The notes under the pieces are model-generated. The model worked only from the letters and a program-made list of their open reading frames with translations. It was not told where the DNA came from and searched no databases. From positions 1-64,000 of IMG/VR virus record IMGVR_UViG_3300011977_000007: a stretch of 64,000 bases of DNA; one strand, 5' to 3'. The stretch comes from a virus. Lineage: Duplodnaviria; Caudoviricetes. A program made the translations under genes and the position numbers. Shown one piece after another: positions 49,740 through 60,827 of this stretch (position 1 is the first letter of the stretch; the number at the start of each line of letters is the position of its first letter).

Positions 49740-50907
49740 ATGCCAATTATTAATAGACTTCCAATCGGGGGGGGGGGCATCCTCTGAAGTAGGCATTAGT
49801 GACGGTAAAGGAATTGTAAATTTAAATATTTTTACACAAATGGATGAACCTACAAAGAAAGATGGAATTTGGATTAAAACTAATCATAAATATCAGAGAA
49901 TCATAATTAATAAACCTTATGTAGCATCAAATACTGAAACCGAAATATATTATGTACTAAATCCCGTACCATTTGACATTAGTTTTGCTCAGAAATATTC
50001 ATGTCTGCTACATGGAAATATGTATGTTGTAGGTTATATATATAATTCTAATAATGATTCGTGGACTTTTACTAATGAGCCATATGGTGTGTGGTATCAT
50101 AATGATATATATTATGCAACTTATTTGTCTAATGATGATTGGTACATATGTAGATATAATAATGGCAATCCTGTAAAAATATGCAAATTCTTGGAGAGTA
50201 GTGATAGTTTCTATGCAGTTTATAATGATGAAATATATATTAGTAATTTTGAGAATAGCACATATTATTCAATGTTTGTAAAATTTAATGGTAGTGCATA
50301 TACAGAACTTAATCCTAGCGATAGACCATCTGGTATTAGGCAAATAATATCTTATGGCGGATATTTAAATATATTTACTTTAAATGAGCATTATATATAT
50401 AATGCGGCTAATAATACTATAACGTATAAAACCTATCTCCCACGTACATATACAAATGGCTGTTGCGCAAAAGTTACGGTTCACAATAACGAGTTACATT
50501 ATTGTGCATATGATTCACATTATAAATTTAATGATTCTTCCAGTTCGTGGGTACAAGTATCTAAATGCGATGGCTTACCTAGCGATATAGATTATTTGTA
50601 TAGTGCAATTTCGTATAATGGAATTATTTATTTATTTACAGGTAAATATGATAAAAAGTTTATGTGCTTAAAATCTCCATCAGTAGTATATGATCCTAAT
50701 ACTTTAATTTTGCACAAGAAGAATACATATACTGGTACATATCTAACAGCAATTGCTGATACTTCAGCGATTATCGATGATGGAAATAATAATAATCGCT
50801 TTGTTTCCAGTTTCGATGATTGCTATTATTTTGCAGATTCTGCATTTGATTGGACTGCACCGATGTATTATGGTAATGGATCGCAATGGATAAAATTTAA
50901 AAATTAA
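49740..50907 (+). CDS. Beta-propeller-like putative RBP, frameshifted at G11 tract (388 aa if G10)
   Basis: AGGAGG SD, MPIINRLPI leader, G11 at 49767-49777, main ORF in +1 frame. Confidence 0.75.
49767..49777 (+). repeat. Poly-G tract G11
   Basis: CCAATC-G11-CATC. Confidence 0.95.
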
Positions 50908-50952
50908 TATAGAGGATTTATTATCCTCTATAAATTAAAGGAGGGTAATATC

Positions 50953-52153
50953 ATGCCAACAATTAATAGACTCCCAATCGGGGGGGGGGGCATCATCTAG
51001 TGGTGCTGCCGGATTAAATATCTTTACTCAGATGAATGAACCTGAGAAGAAAGATGGTATTTGGATACAAACCAATAATCGATATGAAAAAATAATTACT
51101 GATGCTAGGATTATGGTTAATACAGATAATGGTGTTATAAGTAACAAAAGATATTTGCACTATTCTGGCACTGGTGCCCCCTCTTATTATAATTACAGTA
51201 TTGATTGTGAATATTATAATGGATCGGTATATGGATTGGTTGACTGCCAAAATGGTAGCGAAACCATATGGGTATTGCTTGTACGAATAGATAATAATAT
51301 AATTACCACTATAAATGAAAATAATGTGAAAATTAAATATATAAATAAATACATGGATAAAATATATCTTACATCCGGAACTGATAAATCTGATGGATAC
51401 TCCGTCTCTTCATTATATGTATTAAATAGTCAAATGAATCAAGAAAATTTTTTATCAATACCTATTAGTGATATATGTGGTGTTATTGAGTATAATAATA
51501 CATTACTATTTATTGGTGCTTACAATGAGTATTGCCAATTTGATGGTAATTCATTCACAACTAAGTATACGACTACTGATAATATACATGGTAATTGCGT
51601 TGTATATAACGGATATATATACACATCATCGAATGTTGGTTTATATAGATGGGATACTAATAATATTACTTTAGTATTATCGTCATTTAGAATGAATGGT
51701 CAAATGTGTGTATATAATAATAGTATTTATTATACATATGGTCCTGATTTATATAAATATAATGCAATTGATAATTCTTGTACATTAATATCCGGTAATG
51801 TACTTGATCGAGAAGGTTCAATATTATTATGCACCGATGGATATAAATTATATATGCAGACATTTAATGATAGTTGTGGTCCAGATGATAGTCTTATAAA
51901 AAATATAACTGCTAGAGTTGCCGATTATTCTTTAGCTAAACAAAATTTTGATAATAATACCGTAATATTACAGCGTGGAGAAACCGGAAATGGGAAATAT
52001 CAAACTGCATTTGCTGATTTAACTAAAAGTGTTTCTGGCGTTAATCGTTTTATTTCTGGATTCGATGACGCTTGGTTTTATAGTAGTGGAGGATTTGAAA
52101 ATTGTCCTATGTATTATGGTAATGGATTTCAATGGATAAGATTTAAAAATTAA
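50953..52153 (+). CDS. Beta-propeller-like putative RBP, frameshifted at G11 tract (399 aa if G10)
   Basis: MPTINRLPI leader, G11 at 50980-50990; Kelch-like CVVYNGYIY repeats. Confidence 0.75.
50980..50990 (+). repeat. Poly-G tract G11
   Basis: CCAATC-G11-CATC. Confidence 0.95.
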
Positions 52154-52202
52154 AGAAGGCATTTTGCCTTCTTTTTTATTATTAATTAAAGGAGGCGATA
52201 AA

Positions 52203-53513
52203 ATGCCTGTATTAAATAGAATAAATAGGATGCTTAGTTTTCCTATGAATAGTAGTAGTGGGGTAAGCGGGAAGTATTTTCTCGGTAGTGGACATATTTA
52301 TAATTTTAATGACAATGGTACAATTACTACTATTAATGCCCCATCCAATATATCTTTTTCATCAGCAACAAAAAATGGTAGTTATATTTGCGCTTATCGT
52401 TATAGTGACAGCAACAGTTACTACATTTATCAATATAATGGTGATTCTATAACACAGACCCAAGATATTAGTGCTTATTTAAATAACTATAATTATAGTT
52501 CTAAAATAAATGATGGCAATACATATACAATTAATAGTATTAGTAGCCCTACATTTGCTAATACTGATCAATATATTGTATTTGCAGTATCATTAAAATA
52601 TGCTTCTACTCCTTACTTACATAAAGTATATATATGTGTATTGGAATTAAATAATGGCAAATATGAAATGAGTAAAGTTATAGATTCGAATATGGGTGAT
52701 CAAAATACTGTATCTACAGGCGTATCGCTACGCGGAGTATCCGACGATTTATCATATTTTTTCGTTAGTATCGATACCCCATCCGGTAATACATACGATT
52801 CTTCTTTATATATGATATATGCTAATTCGCCTAATGCATATACAGCATGGAAAATGGATACTGAAAGAGGAACACATATTACAGTTGGATATCCTGGCGG
52901 TTCTTCTAACTGGGATGAAATTCCTAGCTTTTACCTTGCGGATAATAAATATTTTATTACCGATGTAACATCAAGTGATTTTATATACGTATATAAAATA
53001 AATGATCATAGCTCTATTACTAGAACATTTACAAGTGATTATTGCCCGCTACATACGTCAATTTCCATTAAAAATATTGAGTACATTAATAATGATTATA
53101 TAGCGCATTATACGTATAGTTATAGTAGTGACAGTTACGATCAATATTATAATTGTATATATAGGTTACAGGATAGTATTTATAATTATCGTTATTCGTC
53201 GGAACGAGAAAATGTTAATATTGGATTTTATGATTATTATGTTATACTTATAGATGATTATAGTAGAAAGACATATTATAAGTCTTCAGACGGTAAATCG
53301 TTATACGTTAAAAATAATAAATATTATCTTAATGGTAGCGAAAATAATGTAGTGACCACTGGAGAATCGGAAGTTTCAACTATGATATATCATACTAATA
53401 GTGATAACTATAATGATAGAATTTCCATAGGAAGCTATTATGGATATGATGATAATAACGGAAATTATAAATTCTTTAATATGGCAGCAAGCGTATACGG
53501 CGGCCCTTATTAA
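52203..53513 (+). CDS. Tyr/Ser/Asn-rich putative RBP with related leader (MPVLNRI) but no poly-G; in frame
   Basis: AGGAGG SD before ATG 52203; uninterrupted ORF. Confidence 0.7.
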   Translation: MPVLNRINRMLSFPMNSSSGVSGKYFLGSGHIYNFNDNGTITTINAPSNISFSSATKNGSYICAYRYSDSNSYYIYQYNGDSITQTQDISAYLNNYNYSSKINDGNTYTINSISSPTFANTDQYIVFAVSLKYASTPYLHKVYICVLELNNGKYEMSKVIDSNMGDQNTVSTGVSLRGVSDDLSYFFVSIDTPSGNTYDSSLYMIYANSPNAYTAWKMDTERGTHITVGYPGGSSNWDEIPSFYLADNKYFITDVTSSDFIYVYKINDHSSITRTFTSDYCPLHTSISIKNIEYINNDYIAHYTYSYSSDSYDQYYNCIYRLQDSIYNYRYSSERENVNIGFYDYYVILIDDYSRKTYYKSSDGKSLYVKNNKYYLNGSENNVVTTGESEVSTMIYHTNSDNYNDRISIGSYYGYDDNNGNYKFFNMAASVYGGPY

Positions 53514-53546
53514 ACATATTTAATTTAATTTTTAGGAGGATTAATA

Positions 53547-54510
53547 ATGTCAATTTTAAATAAACTTCCAATTGGGGGGGGGGGCATCTGATAATACTTC
53601 CTCTGGAGAATTATTTACTAAAGATGCAATAATATCAAATGCATACTATTATTTTGATCAAATGGTACATTGTGCAACTTCAGATACGATTGTATTAGGT
53701 TATCATTTTTATTCCGATAATAAATATTGGTTTAGAAGATATACATATAAAAATAAAGTATTTACTATGTTACCTTCATTAGACCAGGTATGGAGCTCTG
53801 TAGCACGATATATCTTAGTATCAACAGATACTAGGGTATATCTTAATATAGCATCTGGATATATATATGAATACGATAATAATGATTTAGAAAATTGGAT
53901 TAATAGATATAATGATAATAATATATTTAATAGTGGGAATGGATGTGCATGTATGTTTAATAATAATATGTATGTGGTTGTTAATGATTATAATTACGTT
54001 AATGGGAATTACGAATATAATACTAATATATATTCATATGATTTTACAACCTATACGCTGTTATATTCATCTAGCTTTATTTATAATTATGCAGTACATC
54101 AGTGTATATATTATAACGGAGATATATATTTAAGATTTGGAAATCATTCTGGGGTAAAAGTATTTAATATATTAAATCATAATAATATTACAGATTTAGC
54201 TACTCCAATGAAGTATATTGGATCGATATGCGTATATAATCAATGCATATACTTTATTAGCGGAGCACAGGTAGAAGCGCAGAGGCTTTTTTATAAATAT
54301 GATGGAACTCAGTTTACATTAATATGTGATTTAACAAATCATATGAAATGTAATTATAGTTCCGATAGTATTATAATGGAAGTGATAAATAATAAATTAT
54401 ATCTTTTAGGAGATTGTATAGATAAAAGTGATAACCAAAATAGCGTATATATCTATAACTCTACGGATGGCGATTCATTTACTAAAGTATCTTGGTTATG
54501 TAGTAAGTAA
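53547..54510 (+). CDS. Beta-propeller-like putative RBP, frameshifted at G11 tract (320 aa if G10)
   Basis: MSILNKLPI leader, G11 at 53574-53584. Confidence 0.75.
53574..53584 (+). repeat. Poly-G tract G11
   Basis: CCAATT-G11-CATC. Confidence 0.95.
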
Positions 54511-54587
54511 TATTTTATAATTTTTAAAACAATTTAATAAATAAATATTTTTATTTACAATCAAATGGTGAAAGGAGACTATTCAAT

Positions 54588-54878
54588 ATGGCTAAGATTG
54601 ATAGTGGAAAAACTTTAGACAACAAGAAAATTGAGTATGAGATTCTTGACGATGGATATGATATCTATTTAGGTGGAAATCTTTGGATTACTCAGCACGC
54701 TCAGTATGGAAAACCGATTGATCCTGAAGGAACTTACGAAGAGAATTGTAAGAAACAGATTGAACAGATCACAACGGTTCCGGAACCAACTGTAACTCCA
54801 CAGGATAAGTTACGTGCAGATGTAGATTATCTTGCACTTATCACCGGTGTTGACTTAAATGAAAATGTATTAGCTTAA
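54588..54878 (+). CDS. XkdW-like tail-fibre accessory protein
   Basis: LRADVDYLALITGVDL; late motif at 54528. Confidence 0.6.
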   Translation: MAKIDSGKTLDNKKIEYEILDDGYDIYLGGNLWITQHAQYGKPIDPEGTYEENCKKQIEQITTVPEPTVTPQDKLRADVDYLALITGVDLNENVLA

Positions 54879-54892
54879 GGAGGAAATATATT

Positions 54893-55111
54893 ATGGCATT
54901 CACAGCAAGAGATTTATCAAAGAAATATTACCCAAGACTTTGGCCAATTTGTCGTTTGGTTGCTTTGGTAAAAGTAGGAAAATTATCTGAAGCTGATTAT
55001 AAGGAGATTACTGGATTTACATATCCGGCTACATCAGCACCAACAGAGGAGTCAAAGGATACTAAGAATGATGCTTCTGAGACTACAGAAGATTCTAATA
55101 AGCAGAAATAA
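54893..55111 (+). CDS. XkdX-family protein
   Basis: KKYYPRLW...LVKVGKLSEADYKEITG. Confidence 0.75.
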   Translation: MAFTARDLSKKYYPRLWPICRLVALVKVGKLSEADYKEITGFTYPATSAPTEESKDTKNDASETTEDSNKQK

Positions 55112-55125
55112 TAATTAAGAATAAA

Positions 55126-55157
55126 TATACTGGTGCAATATAATTTGCACCAGTATA
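55126..55157 (+). terminator. Intrinsic terminator
   Basis: TATACTGGTGCAA-tataat-TTGCACCAGTATA then T-rich run. Confidence 0.65.
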
Positions 55158-55205
55158 CTATTTATTTTTTATATAAAATAGGATGATTTTTAAGGAGGAA
55201 AGACT

Positions 55206-56397
55206 ATGCCAGTAATAAATCGACTTCCAATCGGGGGGGGGGGGGGCATCTGAATTAGGAATTTCCAACGGTAAAGGAACTGTTGGATTGAACGTATTCA
55301 CTCAGATGGATGAACCTCAAAAGAAAGACGGAATATGGATAAAAACAAATCATACCTATCAAAATGTGATGGTAAATCAACAGTTTGCTAATTATCAAGA
55401 TGGTGTTTGGAGTGCAATTTGTCCATTGAATAATATAGGAAGGACTAAATTAGTTACAAATCAAGGTGCATTATATTTATTTAGCGATAATTATAAGTTA
55501 TATCGCCTAAATGGATCAGCATTAGAATATATTTGTGATTATAATAGTAGAACTAATGTAATGGCATCTTATAATAATTCATTATATATTATTACTGCTT
55601 CTGTAAGTACCGGATATGTATTTAAATATAATGGTATTAACTGGGAAAGAGTATCTGAATTTTATGGTACAACATATTTTGATAATTGTGTTACATTATA
55701 TAACGATCAATTATGCCTTTTTTATGGTAATAGTAATCAGACAATAAGCAACGATATATATCTATTTAATGGATCTACATTTACGCAATTATGTGATGCG
55801 ACTTTTTACGGTAGTGATAATGATAAAATACTAATAAAGAGCATTATTACTTATAATGGTAAACTATATATGTTTGGTAGTGTATCAAGATTTCCAGCAG
55901 ATGGCTTATTTTACTTTGTTTTAAATGCAGGTAATAATTGGACAAAATCAACAGTGCCAGTGACTGCAAATTCATTGTGCGTATGTACTTGCGTTTATAA
56001 TAATGAATTATATTTGTTCTATGAGGACAGAGACACTACTTATAATGATATATACTATTGTAAATATAATGGTGCATCATGGACGCTTATAGGGAAAGTT
56101 GGATATTGTGGTCAAGTTTCTTTAAATCAATATATGTACGGTGCTAGATCTTCATTATATAGATATACTTTACCGCAAAAAGTATATAATCCAAATACTG
56201 TTATTATAAATAAGGGTGATTCTCAAAATGGTGTTTATTTAACCAATATGTTTGATACGTCTTACATGGTTGGTAATAATAGCAATAGATTTGTATCTGG
56301 ATTCGATGATTGTTTTTATTTTGCAGATTCTGCATTTGATTGGGGGGCTCCAATGTATTACGGCAATGGTTCTCAATGGATTAAGTTCAAGAATTAA
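55206..56397 (+). CDS. Beta-propeller-like putative RBP, frameshifted at G14 tract (396 aa if G13)
   Basis: MPVINRLPI leader, G14 at 55233-55246. Confidence 0.75.
55233..55246 (+). repeat. Poly-G tract G14
   Basis: CCAATC-G14-CATC. Confidence 0.95.
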
Positions 56398-56538
56398 TTT
56401 CTACATATAAGTAATGACTTATACGTAAACAAAAATATATTATACAGTTTATATTATGTGTCAGATTACGTTGCAGCATATGCTTAGCCATATGCTGCAT
56501 AAATATTGCAATATTTATGTAAAAGGATGTGATACAAA

Positions 56539-58707
56539 TTGTTTAGAAAAATTACTTATACTGATAAAGAAGATATACTTGGCCTTGTTTCTATTGATAA
56601 TAAAAATAAAGTAACAGCTCAAGATATGAATGATATCAAGAATGCTATTAATGATAATACTACAGAATTAGATAAAATAATGGTGCATTTAGCAGGAGAT
56701 ACCATGACTGGTGCTTTAAATTTTAAAGCTAATACTTGGAATAAATATGGTTCTAATGTTGCTGTTGGAGCTATTAATACTGCCGGTACCCTAGCAGTAA
56801 AGGGATTGGATGGAAAAACTACTATTAGATTAGTTCCTAATGGAGCTACTGATAATAATGGTGTTACATGGGCAGCTAATTCTGCTACAGATTCTACTAT
56901 TAGTGGCACTCTTAATGGTAGTTTTAAAGGCCCATTAGAAGGAAATGCTGCTACAACCACGAAGCTTCAAACTGCAAGAACCATTAATGATACTTCATTC
57001 AATGGTACTGCTAATATCACTACTGCTAAATGGGGAACTGCTAGAGATATTACATTAGGATTAACAAAGAAATCTGTTAATGGTTCTACTAATATGGCAT
57101 GGACTTTAGCAGAAATGGGCGCTTTACCAGCTGCCGGTGGTAGCATGACTGGCGATATTAAATTTTCAAATGTTCAAACTGGAATGCGCGGTATTACGGG
57201 AACAGTTGGAGATAATGATAACTGGAGAGTAGTTGGTGTATCTACTGCATCGGATGCTGGATATTTAGAAATTGCTACGGCTGATGGGGGAGACGAGCCA
57301 ATATATGTAAGACAATATTCTTTTAAAGATAGTAATTCATTTGGAACTGTTGCTAGAACTGCTACAATATTAGATGCTTCTGGTAATACTACTCTGCCCG
57401 GATTATTAACTGTTAATGGTATTCATTCATCTAAAGCTTGTACTTTTGATGATAATTTAACTGTTAAAAAGAATATTACAGGTAATGGTACCCTGTCAAT
57501 AGACGGAGTTACAACTCTTAAGAATAATGCAAATATTAACGGTACTTTATCTGTTGATGGAGCTACAACACTTAAAAATACATTAAGTGTTACTGGAGCG
57601 CTTACTGTACATGGTGGTATAACCGGATCTTTAACCGGTAACGCTTCTACTGCAACTAAGTTAGCTACTGCTAGAACAATTTCTTTAACAGGATCTGTAA
57701 CTGGTAGTGGTACATTTGATGGTAGTGGTAATTTATCAATAGCCACAACAACGAATCATACACATGCATATTTACCGACTGCCGGTGGTAGCATGACTGG
57801 AAATATTAATTTTAATGGTAGAGGTAATAATTATATAGGTGCTGGTCCAAGAGATGGTGCTGGCGGTGTAGGTGAAGAATTAAATAACCTTGTAATTTCA
57901 GCATGGTATGGTGTATCTTTTACAACATTATGCGATGGAAAATATAAAAATAAAAACGCTGTAAGTATTAATACTAGAACTGGCCATGTGTATGCTAATA
58001 CTTATCATGGTGCTTTAAGTGGAAATGCTTCTACAGCTACAAAAGCAACGCAAGATTCAGCAGGACAACAAATTAATACAACTTATATTAAAGGATTATC
58101 TGTATCTGGTAGGACTATTACTTATACTAAGGGTAATGGCACTACAGGAACAATTACAACTCAAGATACCACATACCCTTTTAAAGCTATGACTATTGAT
58201 GGTAGTTATACTACAAAATATCGTACACAAACAAAAGGTAATACTGCTAGTGGCGATTATATAACCACCATAAGAAACGATACAGCTAATGTAAGTAACT
58301 CCCCCCAATATGGTTCCGGTTTAGCTTGGGGTAGGGGTGATACACATGGATATATGTATATGAGTTATAGCTCACCTGAAGCTTATGTTGGTGGTGGCAA
58401 TGCTGATAAACTTAACTGGGTTAAAAAAATAGGATTTGCTCCGATAACCACTAATGTTATTGCATATGCTGGTTGGTGGGGAGGTGGTGCTGCTCCATAC
58501 ACATGCACTATTAATATAGCAAATGTTACAGCAAGTAATGTTGTTGAAGTAGGTTTAGCTTCTAATGCAAATGATGATCAGGTTAAAGCATGCATGAAAG
58601 CAAGTATTGCTAAAATAACCCAAGCAAATGGTTCTATTACATTATATGCTTATGGGACAAAACCAACGGTAGATATACCACTTTCTATAGTAATAATGGA
58701 AAATTAA
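56539..58707 (+). CDS. Long tail fibre protein
   Basis: GNAxTATKLxTARTI repeats, LPxAGGSMTG, LEIATADGGDEPIYVRQY; late motif at 56428. Confidence 0.85.
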   Translation: MFRKITYTDKEDILGLVSIDNKNKVTAQDMNDIKNAINDNTTELDKIMVHLAGDTMTGALNFKANTWNKYGSNVAVGAINTAGTLAVKGLDGKTTIRLVPNGATDNNGVTWAANSATDSTISGTLNGSFKGPLEGNAATTTKLQTARTINDTSFNGTANITTAKWGTARDITLGLTKKSVNGSTNMAWTLAEMGALPAAGGSMTGDIKFSNVQTGMRGITGTVGDNDNWRVVGVSTASDAGYLEIATADGGDEPIYVRQYSFKDSNSFGTVARTATILDASGNTTLPGLLTVNGIHSSKACTFDDNLTVKKNITGNGTLSIDGVTTLKNNANINGTLSVDGATTLKNTLSVTGALTVHGGITGSLTGNASTATKLATARTISLTGSVTGSGTFDGSGNLSIATTTNHTHAYLPTAGGSMTGNINFNGRGNNYIGAGPRDGAGGVGEELNNLVISAWYGVSFTTLCDGKYKNKNAVSINTRTGHVYANTYHGALSGNASTATKATQDSAGQQINTTYIKGLSVSGRTITYTKGNGTTGTITTQDTTYPFKAMTIDGSYTTKYRTQTKGNTASGDYITTIRNDTANVSNSPQYGSGLAWGRGDTHGYMYMSYSSPEAYVGGGNADKLNWVKKIGFAPITTNVIAYAGWWGGGAAPYTCTINIANVTASNVVEVGLASNANDDQVKACMKASIAKITQANGSITLYAYGTKPTVDIPLSIVIMEN

Positions 58708-58765
58708 AAAATAATGCATTAAAGAAGCTTAATCTGTATAATATAACTTTAATTAACAAAAAATA

Positions 58766-58795
58766 AAAACAGTAGGGCTAAGCCCCTACTGTTTT
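58766..58795. terminator. Bidirectional terminator
   Basis: AAAACAGTAGGG-ctaagc-CCCTACTGTTTT. Confidence 0.7.
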
Positions 58796-59244
58796 ACTTC
58801 TTCTATTATATCGGGATTCATTATTAATATACTATCGCAATCCCATCCGCATAATGAATAGTACAAATCTCGGCATTCGCTAATATTTACTTCAATCGCA
58901 TCATACTCTTTAGATAATTTTTCAAAATCCAAGAATATGAATATGCTAATACCCCTAAGTAATGGTAATTTGTTTTGTGCCATTGGTAATCTAGATAGTA
59001 TATCAGTATTATTGATATATAATACTTTGGCACCATCTTTTAATTTAAATCTAAATGCATCATTCTCATCAATATCTCTAAATTCTTCATCAATGCACCA
59101 ATCTTTCCACCCAAATTTAGCATCTATTCTAGATGCCCAGAACCCCCCTCTAGGTTTTGTAAATAGTTGTATGTTTTCTATAGGCCTACACATTTCCTTA
59201 CAAAATTTCTTATGCCCGTAATGAACGTATATTGGTTTTTCCAT
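58786..59244 (-). CDS. Hypothetical early-type protein (KPRGGFWAS...GWDCDS)
   Basis: GGAGG SD; early-type motif at 59274. Confidence 0.7.
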   Translation of the reverse strand: MEKPIYVHYGHKKFCKEMCRPIENIQLFTKPRGGFWASRIDAKFGWKDWCIDEEFRDIDENDAFRFKLKDGAKVLYINNTDILSRLPMAQNKLPLLRGISIFIFLDFEKLSKEYDAIEVNISECRDLYYSLCGWDCDSILIMNPDIIEEVKQ

Positions 59245-59342
59245 ATTAAATTCCTCCATTTCTTTTATTTATATTATAATATATAATTGAAATTTATTAC
59301 TATTTTTACATGATGATAAAATAATATAAAGAGGAGTGAAAT

Positions 59343-59876
59343 TTGCATATGATTAGAATAGCTGTAACTGGCCATAGATATGATAAATTATATGGATACA
59401 ATTTAAAAGATCCTAGATATATGACATTATATATTATGATTTATAGTCGTATATTTAAAGCTATAAAAGAGGATGAAGAACATAAAGTGGAATGTATTAC
59501 TGGTATGGCTTTGGGAGCTGATACTATATTTGCTATAGCCGCAATAAACTTAAAGCTAAAAGGTCATAATATACATTTAGTAGCAGCAATACCATTTAAG
59601 GGACAAGAATTAAAATGGAATGAGGATTCTATAAAAATATATAATAATATATTAAAATATGCTGATGAAATAGTTTATGTATGTAATGGTGGATACGCAC
59701 CATATAAGATGCAAAAAAGAAATGAATATATGATAGATAGATTAACAGGAGTAAATGATATGCTACTTGCGATATATAATGGTTCTAATAAAGGTGGAAC
59801 TGCAAATTGCGTTAATTACGCTAAATCTTTAGGTATAAATATTGAATATATAAATCCTTTAGAGGTACTAGCTTAA
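59343..59876 (+). CDS. SLOG superfamily protein (YspA/DUF1273-like)
   Basis: IAVTGHR, GMALGAD, KRNEYMID, GGTANCV. Confidence 0.85.
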   Translation: MHMIRIAVTGHRYDKLYGYNLKDPRYMTLYIMIYSRIFKAIKEDEEHKVECITGMALGADTIFAIAAINLKLKGHNIHLVAAIPFKGQELKWNEDSIKIYNNILKYADEIVYVCNGGYAPYKMQKRNEYMIDRLTGVNDMLLAIYNGSNKGGTANCVNYAKSLGINIEYINPLEVLA

Positions 59877-59939
59877 TTGCTAGTACCTTTTATTATCTTT
59901 AACATTTTAATAAAATTATAGCAAGGAGGATATATTAAA

Positions 59940-60827
59940 ATGGCAACAGCAAAACAAATTATGGATAAAGCTATTAGTTATGTAGGTACTAAAGAGAAAC
60001 CTGCTAATAGTAATAATGTTATTTTTAACACGCATTTTTATGGTAGATCTGTAAGTGGTATCCAGTATAAATGGTGTGCTGCATTCATATGGGATATTTT
60101 TAGAATGTGCGGGGCTTCTAAATTATTTTATGATGGAAAAAAGAGTGCTTATTGCCCTTCTATTAAAAATTGGGCTGTTAAAAATAAGCTCACGGTAGAT
60201 AAATCTAAAGCTAGATATGGGGATATTGTAATTTTTGATTGGGATCATAATAAAATTCCTGATCATATAGGATTTATTGAGGACTATAAAAATGGAATCT
60301 ATTATACTATAGAGGGTAATACTTCTGTTGGCAATGATAGTAATGGTGGTTGTGTAATGCGTAGAACTAGACTTGCTAATTCTATTTGCTGCGTTATAAG
60401 ACCAAAGTATTCTAATACTAAATCTAAAGAAGTATCTGCAGATAAAGATACCGGTAATTCTAAATCATATATAGGTGATCAGAATTATTATCTTAATAAT
60501 TCTAGAGTTGGTACATGGCAGGCAGCTATGAATAAAGGTTTTGATACTAAGACTCTTACTGTAGATAATAAATTTGGTGCTAATTCACAGGCATTTGCAT
60601 CTACTCATATTCTTTGGTCTGGTCAAGCTCATAACTGTATTACTGCAATCAATTGGCTTAGAAAGACTCTGCATGACGTATATGGATATAAAGAGCTTCC
60701 AGTAACAGGATGCTGGGATGCTACATTAACTAAATATGTAAAGAAATTTCAGAAATCTGTTGGTGAAAAACAGGATGGAAAAGTTGGTCTTATTACAACA
60801 TATCATCTTCTTAAGGGTTCTAAGTAA
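59940..60827 (+). CDS. Endolysin: CHAP domain plus peptidoglycan-binding-like repeats
   Basis: WCAAF, DHIGF, TIEGNT; VKKFQKS...DGKVG; late motif at 59901. Confidence 0.88.
   Translation: MATAKQIMDKAISYVGTKEKPANSNNVIFNTHFYGRSVSGIQYKWCAAFIWDIFRMCGASKLFYDGKKSAYCPSIKNWAVKNKLTVDKSKARYGDIVIFDWDHNKIPDHIGFIEDYKNGIYYTIEGNTSVGNDSNGGCVMRRTRLANSICCVIRPKYSNTKSKEVSADKDTGNSKSYIGDQNYYLNNSRVGTWQAAMNKGFDTKTLTVDNKFGANSQAFASTHILWSGQAHNCITAINWLRKTLHDVYGYKELPVTGCWDATLTKYVKKFQKSVGEKQDGKVGLITTYHLLKGSK

Noticed and set aside
53572-54510. ORF-track TTG start (MGGGASD...), and starts at 49840, 51032, 55288
   Set aside because: No good SD; the SD and conserved leader lie upstream of the G tract in another frame.
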